From positions 474,906 through 538,905 of the forward strand of contig CP066686.1 of the NCBI GenBank assembly GCA_016432365.1: a stretch of DNA of 64,000 nt. The letters run 5' to 3'. Shown in pieces: positions 19,589 through 29,108 of the stretch (positions within the stretch are counted from its first letter, which is position 1; each line of letters begins with the position of its first letter). The position numbers and the translations under genes are program-made. This stretch comes from Candidatus Woesebacteria bacterium. GTDB lineage: Bacteria > Patescibacteriota > Microgenomatia > UBA8517. The notes under the pieces are model-generated. The model had not been told where the DNA came from, did no database searches, and saw only the letters and a program-made list of their open reading frames with translations.

Positions 19589-20942
19589 TTTAATCCTTGC
19601 GTTTGTATTATTTCTTTTCCTGGTTTCCAGAATTTATAAGATTGCTGAAATTCCGGTATCTGTTTATTGGGATGAGGCATCTATAGGCTACAACGCATTT
19701 TCGGTCGCGACTGACCTAAAAGATGAGTGGGGAGACAAGTTACCTTTACATTTCCGAGCTTTCGGAGAATTTAAACTTCCGGTTTATATCTATAGTGTAG
19801 CTGTTTTTGTAAAATTGATCGGACTTAACGAATATGCGGTCAGACTCCCTGCCGTTTTATATTCTTTGGGAACTCTTATTATTGTTTACTTGCTTGTCAA
19901 AAAAATTACCGAAAGGGATGGACCGGCGATCCTCTCCACTTTTATCCTTAGTTTTTCACCCTGGTTTTTTATATTTTCAAGAACCGGCTATGAAGCCACT
20001 GCCGGTCTATTTTTCTTTTTTCTTGCTACCTATTTATTTTTTCTTATCGATAAAAGTAAATATTTGCTTCCGGTTTTAATGGTCGGATTTATTTTATCTT
20101 TTTATAGTTATAACTCTTTTCGGATAATTATCCCTATTTGGTTGGCAATACTTTTTATATATAAATTTCATAATACAATAGCATTAAGGAAAAATTGGTT
20201 ACCGATTTTAATTTCAGTTTTGCTTTTTGGAGTAAGTCTTATTCCTGTTTACAGACTTTATAAATATGACTCAGGTGGGGCACGTTTTGCTCAGGTAGAG
20301 ATAACAAAGAAAAAGGATTTTGTTAAAAACTATTTTTCTCACTTTAGTCCTAAATTCCTTTTTACAACAGGGGATACAAATCCTAGGAGTCAAATTCCTG
20401 GGCATGGACAACTATATTGGTTCGAATTACCGCTTATTCTTGTGGGTGTGTTTGCAATCTTTAGAAGCAAAAAACTGTTCTACTTTATTCCTTTAGTAAT
20501 TCTGCTACTGGCGCCAATCCCCGCCGCCCTTACCAAAGAATCTCCCCACGCTCTTCGCGCTCTACTTGCCGCTCCGTCTTTTGCAATTATCTCGGCTTTC
20601 GGGGTATTTTTTTTAAAGGATAATTTCAAAAAATTTGGCGTTGTAATTTTGTCGGCGGTTGTAATTGCCTACTATTTATTTTTCGAATTTTATATTCAGG
20701 ATTACATTGTCAGATACCCTAAGCAAAGTGCCAGTGCTTGGCAGTTTGAATATAAGCAGATTTTTGAGAAACAAAGAAGTGGTTTTGTTACGGATAGATA
20801 TGCCCAGCCATACATTTTTGCTCTTTACTATTTAAAATATCCTCCGGAAAAATTCAGGGAAGAAGTCAAACTAAACCCTGTCGGTAACTGGGGATTTTCA
20901 AAAGTGGCTTCATTTGACGGCTTTCAATTTACAAATCGATGA
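19578..20942 (+). CDS. PMT/ArnT-type GT-C glycosyltransferase paralog, 454 aa
   Basis: ATG at 19578. Motif VYWDEASIGYNAFSVATDLKDEWG. Confidence 0.55.
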   Translation: MRNNLILAFVLFLFLVSRIYKIAEIPVSVYWDEASIGYNAFSVATDLKDEWGDKLPLHFRAFGEFKLPVYIYSVAVFVKLIGLNEYAVRLPAVLYSLGTLIIVYLLVKKITERDGPAILSTFILSFSPWFFIFSRTGYEATAGLFFFFLATYLFFLIDKSKYLLPVLMVGFILSFYSYNSFRIIIPIWLAILFIYKFHNTIALRKNWLPILISVLLFGVSLIPVYRLYKYDSGGARFAQVEITKKKDFVKNYFSHFSPKFLFTTGDTNPRSQIPGHGQLYWFELPLILVGVFAIFRSKKLFYFIPLVILLLAPIPAALTKESPHALRALLAAPSFAIISAFGVFFLKDNFKKFGVVILSAVVIAYYLFFEFYIQDYIVRYPKQSASAWQFEYKQIFEKQRSGFVTDRYAQPYIFALYYLKYPPEKFREEVKLNPVGNWGFSKVASFDGFQFTNR

Positions 20943-22513
20943 AAAAATTATCTCTTCTGTTTTTGGCGTTAATTGTTATTTTGGGAAGTATTTTAAGATT
21001 TTACAAACTTGATCAAATCCCCCCGTCACTTAATTGGGATGAAGTCGCGGCTGGGTACAACGCTTGGACAATCGTAAATTGGGGAGCGGATGAATATGGG
21101 GCAAAGTTTCCGTTGGTTTTCAGATCATTTGGAGATGATAAACATCCGGTTCATATTTATCTGACTGCTTTGGTGTATAAAGCTTTTGGAATTTCAGATT
21201 ACAATACCAGGGCAAGTAGTGCAGCTGTTGGGGTTTTGAGTATCGTTGCAATTTATCTTTTGGCAAAGATATTATTTAAAAGTGAGGTAGCAGGTCTTTT
21301 TGCCGCACTATTTATGAGCACTTCCCCGTACGCAATTCACTACTCGAGAGGTCTGTGGGAGGCTAATTTTGCTGTATTTTTCTTTCTGGCCGGTTGTGCT
21401 ATATTTTATTTGGGTTTAACAAAGGCAAAATGGTTGGTTCCATTTTCGTTTCTATTTTGGGGAATAAGTATTTTTGCTTATCAAGCGGCCGAAATAGTTG
21501 TTCCTCCGATTGTTTTTCTTCTTTGTTTGATTCATGTAAAAGAATTTCTTAGTAACAAAAAAACTTTGATTTTGTCTGCCTCAATTGTGTTGTTTTTTGC
21601 AGGGCTGGTTATTATGGATCCAAGGATTTTGGGGTTTGCCAGAATAAACCAAACTAAATTCTCTGAGGAGGTGGTTAATAAATACGGCGGAGAAGTAAAC
21701 ATCTTTTTACATAATTATAAAGAATATTTTACTTATTCTTATCTGTTTCAAACGGGCGATGTCGGCCCGAGAGCTTCGGTCAAGGTAATTGGAGAATTCT
21801 ACAAAATAGACCTAATAATGTCTACTATCGGGCTGCTTGCAATATTAGTGAAGAAAAGATGGGAGACTTTATTCGTTTTGATATCGTGGCTCCTACTTTC
21901 CCCGATTCCGGGGGTAGTTTCATCGTTGACCCCTCATGCCACGAGAGGCATTTTTATAATGGGTCCTATACTGATATTTTCCGCCGGAGGAGCTGCCTGG
22001 GTGGTTGAATTATTTAGGAAAAATTGGCTAAAGGTGATCGTATCTGTTGTTATAATCTCGTTCTTAAGTTTTGAGGTAAAAAATTATGTTGTGTATTATT
22101 TTGGGGAATATGCAAAAAATGAGGCTATTGAATGGCAATACGGCATGAAACAATCAGCACTCTATATTGCCGAACATCCTGAATATGTCGAGGTCTTTGT
22201 AGATAAAATTCGTCAGCAACCATACATTTTCTCTCTATACTACTTAAGAGTTCCATTACCCTTATTCTTAAGCACTGTAAGGTATGATCTAAGTCAATCC
22301 AACAGTTTTAATACTGTTTCCTTCTTTTATAAATATAATTTTGGCAATTGGGACCCAATAGAAAGTTATCCTTCTCCGGGAATTTTATATATCATTACAC
22401 CCAGTTTTTATAGTGGTTTGAGGTTTAAAGACTATTTTGATGTCAAAAAACTGGTAAAATACCCTGATGGGTCTGATGCATTTTATTTAGTCGCCGGACA
22501 TGAAAAAAAATAA
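20939..22513 (+). CDS. PMT/ArnT-type GT-C glycosyltransferase paralog, 524 aa
   Basis: ATG at 20939 (ATGA overlap). Motif LNWDEVAAGYNAWTIVNWGADEYG. Confidence 0.55.
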   Translation: MKKLSLLFLALIVILGSILRFYKLDQIPPSLNWDEVAAGYNAWTIVNWGADEYGAKFPLVFRSFGDDKHPVHIYLTALVYKAFGISDYNTRASSAAVGVLSIVAIYLLAKILFKSEVAGLFAALFMSTSPYAIHYSRGLWEANFAVFFFLAGCAIFYLGLTKAKWLVPFSFLFWGISIFAYQAAEIVVPPIVFLLCLIHVKEFLSNKKTLILSASIVLFFAGLVIMDPRILGFARINQTKFSEEVVNKYGGEVNIFLHNYKEYFTYSYLFQTGDVGPRASVKVIGEFYKIDLIMSTIGLLAILVKKRWETLFVLISWLLLSPIPGVVSSLTPHATRGIFIMGPILIFSAGGAAWVVELFRKNWLKVIVSVVIISFLSFEVKNYVVYYFGEYAKNEAIEWQYGMKQSALYIAEHPEYVEVFVDKIRQQPYIFSLYYLRVPLPLFLSTVRYDLSQSNSFNTVSFFYKYNFGNWDPIESYPSPGILYIITPSFYSGLRFKDYFDVKKLVKYPDGSDAFYLVAGHEKK

Positions 22514-23378
22514 TCTCACTGTAGTTTTAGCCACAAGAAACGAAGAAATAAATATCGGTAGATGTCTCGAATCGGTAAAATCGATTTCGGATGAAATAAT
22601 AGTGGTAGATGAAAACTCTACGGATAAAACACGTGAGATCGCAAAAGAATACGGGGCAGAAGTTTTTCTTGAACCACACCACGATATCTTCCATATAACT
22701 AAGCAAAAAGCTCTCGAGAAGGCTACAGGCGATTGGGTGTTGCAGCTTGATGCCGATGAAGAAGTCACACCTGATCTTGCTAGAGAAATAAAGGAAGTAA
22801 TAGATATGTCGAATGATGATATCAAGAAGAGATTCGACTTTGATATACGCGAAATGTATCACTTCAAAAAACACCAACGTTTGATTGAAGCGCGTGATGG
22901 AAAAATCGGTCAGGAAACCGGAGAAGTTGTCGCGTTTTTTATACCCCGTCTAAATATTTTTTTGGGACGCCCGTTGAGATACGGAGGGGTTTACCCTGAC
23001 GGGGTAATACGATTGGTTAAAAATGGTAAGGCACGTTTTCCACAAAAGTCTGTCCATGAGCAAATCCAAATAGACGGGGAAGTTTCTTGGCTTTTTAACG
23101 ATCTAAAACACTATGATTCCCCCACAATGAAACGTTATCTTGCAAGGTTTAATCGCTACACAGATCTTAAAGCGAGAGAGTTCATTTCTAAGAGGGTTCC
23201 CAAAAATGCATTATTCGTGATTCTTTATTCATTATTCTATCCCCTCTATACTTTCGTTAATATATATTTCCGTCATAAGGGCTTATTGGATGGGTCACAA
23301 GGCTTTTTATGGGCATTTTTCTCGTCAATGCACTTTCCGGTAGCCTATTATAAATATATAACAAATGGAAACAAATGA
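22500..23378 (+). CDS. Family 2 glycosyltransferase (GT-A fold), 292 aa
   Basis: ATG at 22500. N-terminal LTVVLATRNEEINIGRCLESV...IIVVDENSTDKT...LQLDADE (DxD) signature. Confidence 0.8.
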   Translation: MKKNNLTVVLATRNEEINIGRCLESVKSISDEIIVVDENSTDKTREIAKEYGAEVFLEPHHDIFHITKQKALEKATGDWVLQLDADEEVTPDLAREIKEVIDMSNDDIKKRFDFDIREMYHFKKHQRLIEARDGKIGQETGEVVAFFIPRLNIFLGRPLRYGGVYPDGVIRLVKNGKARFPQKSVHEQIQIDGEVSWLFNDLKHYDSPTMKRYLARFNRYTDLKAREFISKRVPKNALFVILYSLFYPLYTFVNIYFRHKGLLDGSQGFLWAFFSSMHFPVAYYKYITNGNK

Positions 23379-24102
23379 ACTGAACGGCAAAATAGCAATA
23401 GTTACGGGCGCGGGAGGTGGGATTGGTAGTGCGTTAGTTAAAAAGCTAACGGAAAAAGGAGTTTTTTGCATAATGGTTGATATGCACGAAAGCTCGAATT
23501 CTAATTTAGTTGAACTGGCTCGTGAAAATAAAGGTGAGTATTTTTCGGTTGATTTAACAGACATACCCGCAATTGATAAATTTTACAACGACGTGGTTGC
23601 TAAATATGACAAAATTGATTTTTTATATAACGTTGCTGGAACGGGAATTTATAAAAAAATCGGCGATCTGACAATTGAAGATTGGAACCTTTCTATCGGT
23701 TTAAACTTAACTGCACCATTTTATCTAACGAAAAAACTTATACCACTACTCCAAAAGTCAGACAAACCTTTGGTATTAAACATTGGGTCTGGCATGGGGG
23801 TGTTTCCTACGGCCGGTAGATCTGCCTACTGTGCTTCAAAGTTTGGTTTGAGAGGATTAACTTTGTCGCTGGCAAAAGAATTTAAAGATGACAAAATCAA
23901 ATTCCAACTTTTGACGTTGGGAAGTGTCATGACAGGTTTTGGAGACGGTGGAGTTGATCACAAAAAAGATCTTCAAAAGACAGGAAAGCAATATCTTACT
24001 ACCGAGTCAGTTTCCGAAAAGATAGTTGGTGCAACTGTCGATAGGAATAGTCCTACTGAAATTGAATTTTACCCCGAGGGATATAAGGAGGAGAACACAT
24101 GA
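23365..24102 (+). CDS. Short-chain dehydrogenase/reductase (SDR), 245 aa
   Basis: Cofactor motif KIAIVTGAGGGIGSAL. Catalytic SGMG...YCASK (YxxxK). Confidence 0.8.
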   Translation: METNELNGKIAIVTGAGGGIGSALVKKLTEKGVFCIMVDMHESSNSNLVELARENKGEYFSVDLTDIPAIDKFYNDVVAKYDKIDFLYNVAGTGIYKKIGDLTIEDWNLSIGLNLTAPFYLTKKLIPLLQKSDKPLVLNIGSGMGVFPTAGRSAYCASKFGLRGLTLSLAKEFKDDKIKFQLLTLGSVMTGFGDGGVDHKKDLQKTGKQYLTTESVSEKIVGATVDRNSPTEIEFYPEGYKEENT

Positions 24103-25121
24103 AGATTGCAATTGATGCCAGACCACTCGTCTCGGGAGATTCTGTTCGCGGAATAGGTGTTTACACCAGAGAGTTAGTTGATGCATTTAAAAAAAGTAAA
24201 AAAGAATTCAGTGTATTAGATCACAATTTCGATAATATTGAGATTTCCAAATTCGATTTGATTCATTTCACTTCATTCAACCCATACATAATTTCCGTTC
24301 CTTTTATAAAACCTAAAAATACGAAGTTTGTTTTAACTATTTATGATTTGATCCCTCTCATCTACCCCGCACATTATCCGTCCGGAATTAGGGGTGGAAT
24401 TAGGTGGACACTAAATAAATTTCTTATCAAAAAGAACATTGATGCGATTTTGACTATATCCGAGACTTCGAAAAAAGACATTTGCAGGTTTTTGGGTGTG
24501 GACCCCGATATTGTTCATGTTGTTTATCTTGCCCCGCGCCCGGTTTTTAGGAAATTGGACACCGGAAAAGACTGCATCACTCCGTGTGGGAAATCGGAAA
24601 TTAAGAAGAAATATAATTTACCGGATCGATTTGCGCTGTATGTTGGGGACGTTAATTACAATAAAAACATTCCCGGTTTGGTCAAAGCTTGCGTCTTGGC
24701 TAAACTACCCTTGGTAATTGCCGGTAAGCAGGCAAAGGAGATTGAAAATTTAGACTTAAACCATCCGGAACTTAAACACCTTAAAAATATTGATTGGACG
24801 GGAGTTATTAGGCTGGGGTTTGTTCCTGATATAGACCTTGCGGCTATTTATAACCTGGCATATGTTTTTGTTCAACCGTCTTTTTATGAGGGTTTCGGTT
24901 TGGGGGTTTTGGAGGCCATTGCTTGTGGAACGCCGGTTGTAGCTTCAAAGACTCAAGCACTGGTCGAGATTGCTGAAGGTGCTGCCACCTTCGTTAACCC
25001 AGATAATAGTGAAGATATGGCAATCGGTTTAAAAAATTTAGCTAAAAGTCCGAAACTCCCCAGGACTTACTCATGGGAAAAAACCGCCAAGGAAACATGG
25101 GAGGTATACCAAAATGTTTAA
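24099..25121 (+). CDS. GT4-family (GT-B) glycosyltransferase, 340 aa
   Basis: ATG at 24099 with upstream AAGGAGG. C-terminal EGFGLGVLEAIACGTPVVASK (E-x7-E region). Confidence 0.8.
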   Translation: MKIAIDARPLVSGDSVRGIGVYTRELVDAFKKSKKEFSVLDHNFDNIEISKFDLIHFTSFNPYIISVPFIKPKNTKFVLTIYDLIPLIYPAHYPSGIRGGIRWTLNKFLIKKNIDAILTISETSKKDICRFLGVDPDIVHVVYLAPRPVFRKLDTGKDCITPCGKSEIKKKYNLPDRFALYVGDVNYNKNIPGLVKACVLAKLPLVIAGKQAKEIENLDLNHPELKHLKNIDWTGVIRLGFVPDIDLAAIYNLAYVFVQPSFYEGFGLGVLEAIACGTPVVASKTQALVEIAEGAATFVNPDNSEDMAIGLKNLAKSPKLPRTYSWEKTAKETWEVYQNV

Positions 25122-26259
25122 AAAGATTTTGACCTCTTTTTTGATCTGGCGTGTAGCTCTGTTTTTTGTTGCGTTCTTATCGATCTGTTTTTTACCGGTT
25201 TTCGGTGCCAGATTTCCATATGTAGATAAAGTATTGGAAATAACCCATTTGCCTTACTGGGTTTGGGGATTTGGAAATTTCGACGGAGTCCATTATCTTC
25301 GGATTGCGCAGGACGGTTATCTTGCTCAATATTCCCAGGCTTTTTTCCCGCTTTTTCCAATCTTAATTCGATTTTTTTCCATTATTTTTCCAAGGGTGGT
25401 AAATCTCGATACTGTTTTTTTTACCGATCCGGCCTTTTTTTATTCAGGGATAATTCTTTCTAATTTATTTTTTCTGGCAGCGCTTTACATTTTATTTAAG
25501 TTAATTAATATTGATTTTAAAAAGGAGATTGCTTTTTATACCGTTATCTTTCTTTTGGTATTTCCAACTTCGTTTTTCTTTGGCTCTATATATACTGAAA
25601 GTCTGTTTTTGCTACTCACGGTTTCTTCCATCTATTTTATTAGAAAAGGGAATTTCTTTTGGGGAGCAATCTTGATTTCGCTTGCTACCATAACCAGGAT
25701 CACGGGAGTGCTTCTTATACCATTGTATTTAATAGAGGTGTTTCAAAGTAGGAACAAAATTAACTATATTTGGACTTTGATTGCTCCATTGGGGCTTTTT
25801 GCATATATGTATTTTCTAAAATCTGCCTTCAACGACCCGCTCTACTTTTTGACCGCACAACCCATTTTTGGGGCGGGGAGAAGTGGAACAGATTTAATTC
25901 TTCTTCCCCAGGTAATTTATAGATACATAAAAATATTTTTGACGACAAGCATTGTGACCTTACCATTTTTCAATGCATTTATCGAATTTGTATTTACTCT
26001 AATTCCTCTTACAATTTTGATAGTCTTTTTTAAGAAAATGAGATTTAGTTATTGGTTCTTTTCTCTTAGCTCGCTTTTGCTCCCAACCTTGACCGGTACA
26101 TTTTCTTCGATGCCAAGATATGTCCTTATGTCTATGGTGTTTATTTTTCCCTATTTAATTATCCGGTTTAGAAAATATGTCACGCCTTTTATTCTTGCAT
26201 CGATGGTTTTTGGAATTTTGTTGACCATGCTTTTTGTTAGGGGGTATTGGGTAGCTTAA
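25114..26259 (+). CDS. Polytopic membrane protein, PIG-V/GT76-like mannosyltransferase candidate (GT-C), 381 aa
   Basis: ATG at 25114 with GGGAGG RBS. Motif FDGVHYLRIAQDGY...QAFFPLFP resembles the conserved loop of the PIG-V/Gpi18 family. ~9 TM segments. Confidence 0.4.
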   Translation: MFKKILTSFLIWRVALFFVAFLSICFLPVFGARFPYVDKVLEITHLPYWVWGFGNFDGVHYLRIAQDGYLAQYSQAFFPLFPILIRFFSIIFPRVVNLDTVFFTDPAFFYSGIILSNLFFLAALYILFKLINIDFKKEIAFYTVIFLLVFPTSFFFGSIYTESLFLLLTVSSIYFIRKGNFFWGAILISLATITRITGVLLIPLYLIEVFQSRNKINYIWTLIAPLGLFAYMYFLKSAFNDPLYFLTAQPIFGAGRSGTDLILLPQVIYRYIKIFLTTSIVTLPFFNAFIEFVFTLIPLTILIVFFKKMRFSYWFFSLSSLLLPTLTGTFSSMPRYVLMSMVFIFPYLIIRFRKYVTPFILASMVFGILLTMLFVRGYWVA

Positions 26260-26261
26260 AT

Positions 26262-27068
26262 ATGAAAATATTAATTACCGGTTCAAAAGGTTTTGTCGGA
26301 ACTCACCTGTCTAGATTGTTGTCAAAAAATCATAAAGTGATTGGTTACGATGTCAAAAACGGCAAAGATATATTTGATACAAAATTATTAAACAACAATC
26401 TGAAAGGTGTTGAAGTCGTCATCCATCTTGCTGCTTACGTTTCCGGACAGGAATCGTGGGAAAAGCCATTGGATTACTTCACGAACAACGGTATTGGAAC
26501 ATTTAAGGTTATTGAGGCTGCAATTAAAAATAAAGTAAAGAGAATTGTCATCTTCTCCTCCGCCGCCGTATATGGAAAACCCCTTACTCCGTACGGAACT
26601 TCAAAAGTTTTTGCAGAAGCGATAGCGACTTCTTACAAAGGCAAGATCGAAACTATTGTTTTGAGACCGTTTAATATTTACGGCAAAGGACAAAATCCGG
26701 CTTACGGTTATGCCATACACAATTTCTATAAAGGTATCAAAAAGGAGGGAAAAATAGAAATATACGGCGACGGTAACCAAACAAGAGATTTTATCTTTAT
26801 CGATGATGTCGTTAAGACAGTTGAGGCGATACTAACGGCTAAGGTGCCGACGGGACCTGTAGATCTGGGGACCGGAAAGGAAGTAAAAATTTTGGATTTG
26901 GCAAAATATATTGGAAAAGTTGCAGGTAAACCTTACACGATTAAGTTTTTGGAATCAAGAAATGAAATTAAGCGAAGCCGGGCAAACATATTGGGGTTAA
27001 ACAGGTTGGGGATTAATGCTAACTTTTTTACGTCCTTAAAAGAGGGACTTAAGATGACCTTGACTTAG
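26262..27068 (+). CDS. NAD-dependent epimerase/dehydratase (extended SDR), ~268 aa
   Basis: Track ORF begins at TTG 26247. ATG at 26262 gives MKILITGSKGFVGTHL (GxxGxxG). Catalytic YGTSK. Confidence 0.75.
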   Translation: MKILITGSKGFVGTHLSRLLSKNHKVIGYDVKNGKDIFDTKLLNNNLKGVEVVIHLAAYVSGQESWEKPLDYFTNNGIGTFKVIEAAIKNKVKRIVIFSSAAVYGKPLTPYGTSKVFAEAIATSYKGKIETIVLRPFNIYGKGQNPAYGYAIHNFYKGIKKEGKIEIYGDGNQTRDFIFIDDVVKTVEAILTAKVPTGPVDLGTGKEVKILDLAKYIGKVAGKPYTIKFLESRNEIKRSRANILGLNRLGINANFFTSLKEGLKMTLT

Positions 27069-27073
27069 AATAT

Positions 27074-28348
27074 ATGAAAACACTTAGAAAATTTATTAAT
27101 CACCCCCTTTTTTCAGGCAGCGCCATAATGATTGGCGGCAGCATGACCATTAACGTGGTGAATTATATATACCATCTGGTTATGGGTCGTATTCTTGGCC
27201 CGGTTAATTACGGCGTTCTTGCCAGTCTGTTTTCAATTTTATACATTGTCGGGATCGTACCGTCATCAACTTCAGTTGCCATTGTAAAATTTATTTCTTC
27301 AGCTAAAAATCCCGGAGAAATGATGACAATTTACAATGCACTAAACAAACTCGTTTTCAAATTGGCATCGGCCATATCAATAGTAACAATTATTGCTGCT
27401 CCTTTTATTGCCAACTTTTTACATATTGATAATGTTTTTCTTATTATTCTTATAACCCCGATTTTATTCTTCTCTCTTTTAACCTTAGTTAATCAAGCCA
27501 CTTCGCAGGGTTTATTGAAATTTATGGGATTTGTCTTACCCAATTTTACGTCTTCTCTTGCCAAAATTTGTTTGGGTGTACTATTTGTCATCATGGGTTA
27601 TTCTGTATTCGGTGCAATGATCGGTGTTTTTGCTGGAGGCTTTTTGGCTTTTTTTGTTTCGAAATGGTATATACGTGACATTAAAAAAATAAGGAAGTTT
27701 AAAAAGAAATATAATTTAAAACCATTTTTGAAATATTCACTGCCTGTTTTTTTACAAGCCTTAGCATTCACTTCGATTTTTACAACAGATGTAATTCTTG
27801 TTAAACATTTCTTAACCCCTTTCGATGCCGGAATCTACGCAGCTCTTTCTACGCTTGGTAAAATAGTTTTTTTTGCATCCGCCCCCATTTCTTCTGTGAT
27901 GTTTCCGGTCGTTTCCGGTAGAAGTGCCAAAGGGGAAAAATACTTAGGAATATTTTGGGGTTCGTTTGGCTTGACGCTTGCTGTTTCGGCTGTAGTAGTC
28001 GGTATTTATTATTTCTTCTCGGATTTTGCGATAAATATTCTTTACGGCCCGGCATATTTGTCAGCGTCAATTGATTTGGTCTGGATGGGTCTTTTTATAC
28101 TCGTATACACCCTTGCTTTATTGTTGGTAAATTTTTCACTTTCTCTTGGAAAAACGCGAATAATAGTATTTCCGGTATTGGCTGCGTTTGGACAAGCAAT
28201 ATTGTTATGGATTTTTCATTCAAGTATTTTGGAGGTTATTCAGGTATCGCTTGCCATATGCACCCTCATGCTTTTTGGTGAAGGCGTTTTTTTGGGATAT
28301 AATTCGCGGTATGGCCTGGCCAAAGGAAAACAATATGGAAAAGCCTAA
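27074..28348 (+). CDS. Polysaccharide/oligosaccharide flippase (Wzx-like, MOP superfamily), 424 aa
   Basis: ATG at 27074. ~12 predicted TM segments. Size and hydropathy pattern typical of the polysaccharide biosynthesis protein family. Confidence 0.6.
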   Translation: MKTLRKFINHPLFSGSAIMIGGSMTINVVNYIYHLVMGRILGPVNYGVLASLFSILYIVGIVPSSTSVAIVKFISSAKNPGEMMTIYNALNKLVFKLASAISIVTIIAAPFIANFLHIDNVFLIILITPILFFSLLTLVNQATSQGLLKFMGFVLPNFTSSLAKICLGVLFVIMGYSVFGAMIGVFAGGFLAFFVSKWYIRDIKKIRKFKKKYNLKPFLKYSLPVFLQALAFTSIFTTDVILVKHFLTPFDAGIYAALSTLGKIVFFASAPISSVMFPVVSGRSAKGEKYLGIFWGSFGLTLAVSAVVVGIYYFFSDFAINILYGPAYLSASIDLVWMGLFILVYTLALLLVNFSLSLGKTRIIVFPVLAAFGQAILLWIFHSSILEVIQVSLAICTLMLFGEGVFLGYNSRYGLAKGKQYGKA

Positions 28349-29108
28349 GATCAAAATTCTTTCAGTAATTGTCCCCGCCTATAAACAGGAGAAAACCATC
28401 AGGCAGGATTTGGATAATATTTTATCAACATTGGGAGAAGGGTTGGGGAGGGACTACGACTTTGAAGTGATCTGTGTTGTGGACGGCGACATGGACAAGA
28501 CCTTTCGGGAGGCATCAAAAATTAAATCTTCAAAATTGAAAGTGTTTACTTATAAAGTTAATAAAGGCAAGGGTCATGCGGTACGTTTTGGAATGGGAAA
28601 AGCTAAAGGTGAAATAATATCCTTTTTAGATGCCGGAATGGATATAAGTCCAAAAGGGATAATGATGCTTTTGGCGCATATGAATTGGTATGATGCAGAC
28701 ATAATAGTGGGATCAAAAAAACACCCTGTTTCCCGTGTTAATTATCCTCTCTTACGAAAAATCTTGAGTTTGGGTTATCATGTTGGTGTTAAGCTTCTTT
28801 TTAATCTTTCTCTTACGGACACTCAAAGCGGAATAAAAATATTTAAACGAAAAGTCGTTGAGAAAATTCTTCCTCGGCTTCTGGTTAAAAGTTACGCAAT
28901 GGATATCGAAATGCTTTCGGTTGCTAAATATTTGGGCTTCAACAGGATCTTCGAAGCTCCGATAGAGGTACGGTTTAATAAATCCAATAGTGCAATAAAA
29001 TGGTCAACTTCTTTTTGGATGGCTTGGGATACAGCGGCAGTTTTTTACAGACTAAAAATTCTTCATTACTATGATGATGCTAATAGAAAAAGCTGGATAA
29101 CAAGTTAA
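28335..29108 (+). CDS. Family 2 glycosyltransferase, ~257 aa
   Basis: Track ORF 28188 overlaps the flippase gene. Internal ATG at 28335 preceded by AAAGGAAAA gives MEKPKIKILSVIVPAYKQEKTI...VVDGDMD. Confidence 0.75.
   Translation: MEKPKIKILSVIVPAYKQEKTIRQDLDNILSTLGEGLGRDYDFEVICVVDGDMDKTFREASKIKSSKLKVFTYKVNKGKGHAVRFGMGKAKGEIISFLDAGMDISPKGIMMLLAHMNWYDADIIVGSKKHPVSRVNYPLLRKILSLGYHVGVKLLFNLSLTDTQSGIKIFKRKVVEKILPRLLVKSYAMDIEMLSVAKYLGFNRIFEAPIEVRFNKSNSAIKWSTSFWMAWDTAAVFYRLKILHYYDDANRKSWITS

Noticed and set aside
22503-22510. A8/T8 homopolymer tracts at or near gene starts (22503, 6494, 54005, 11921, 18415, 60808) as possible phase-variation switches.
   Set aside because: At roughly 32% A and 32% T, about a dozen A8/T8 runs are expected by chance in 64 kb. 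No enrichment and no tracts of 10 or more.
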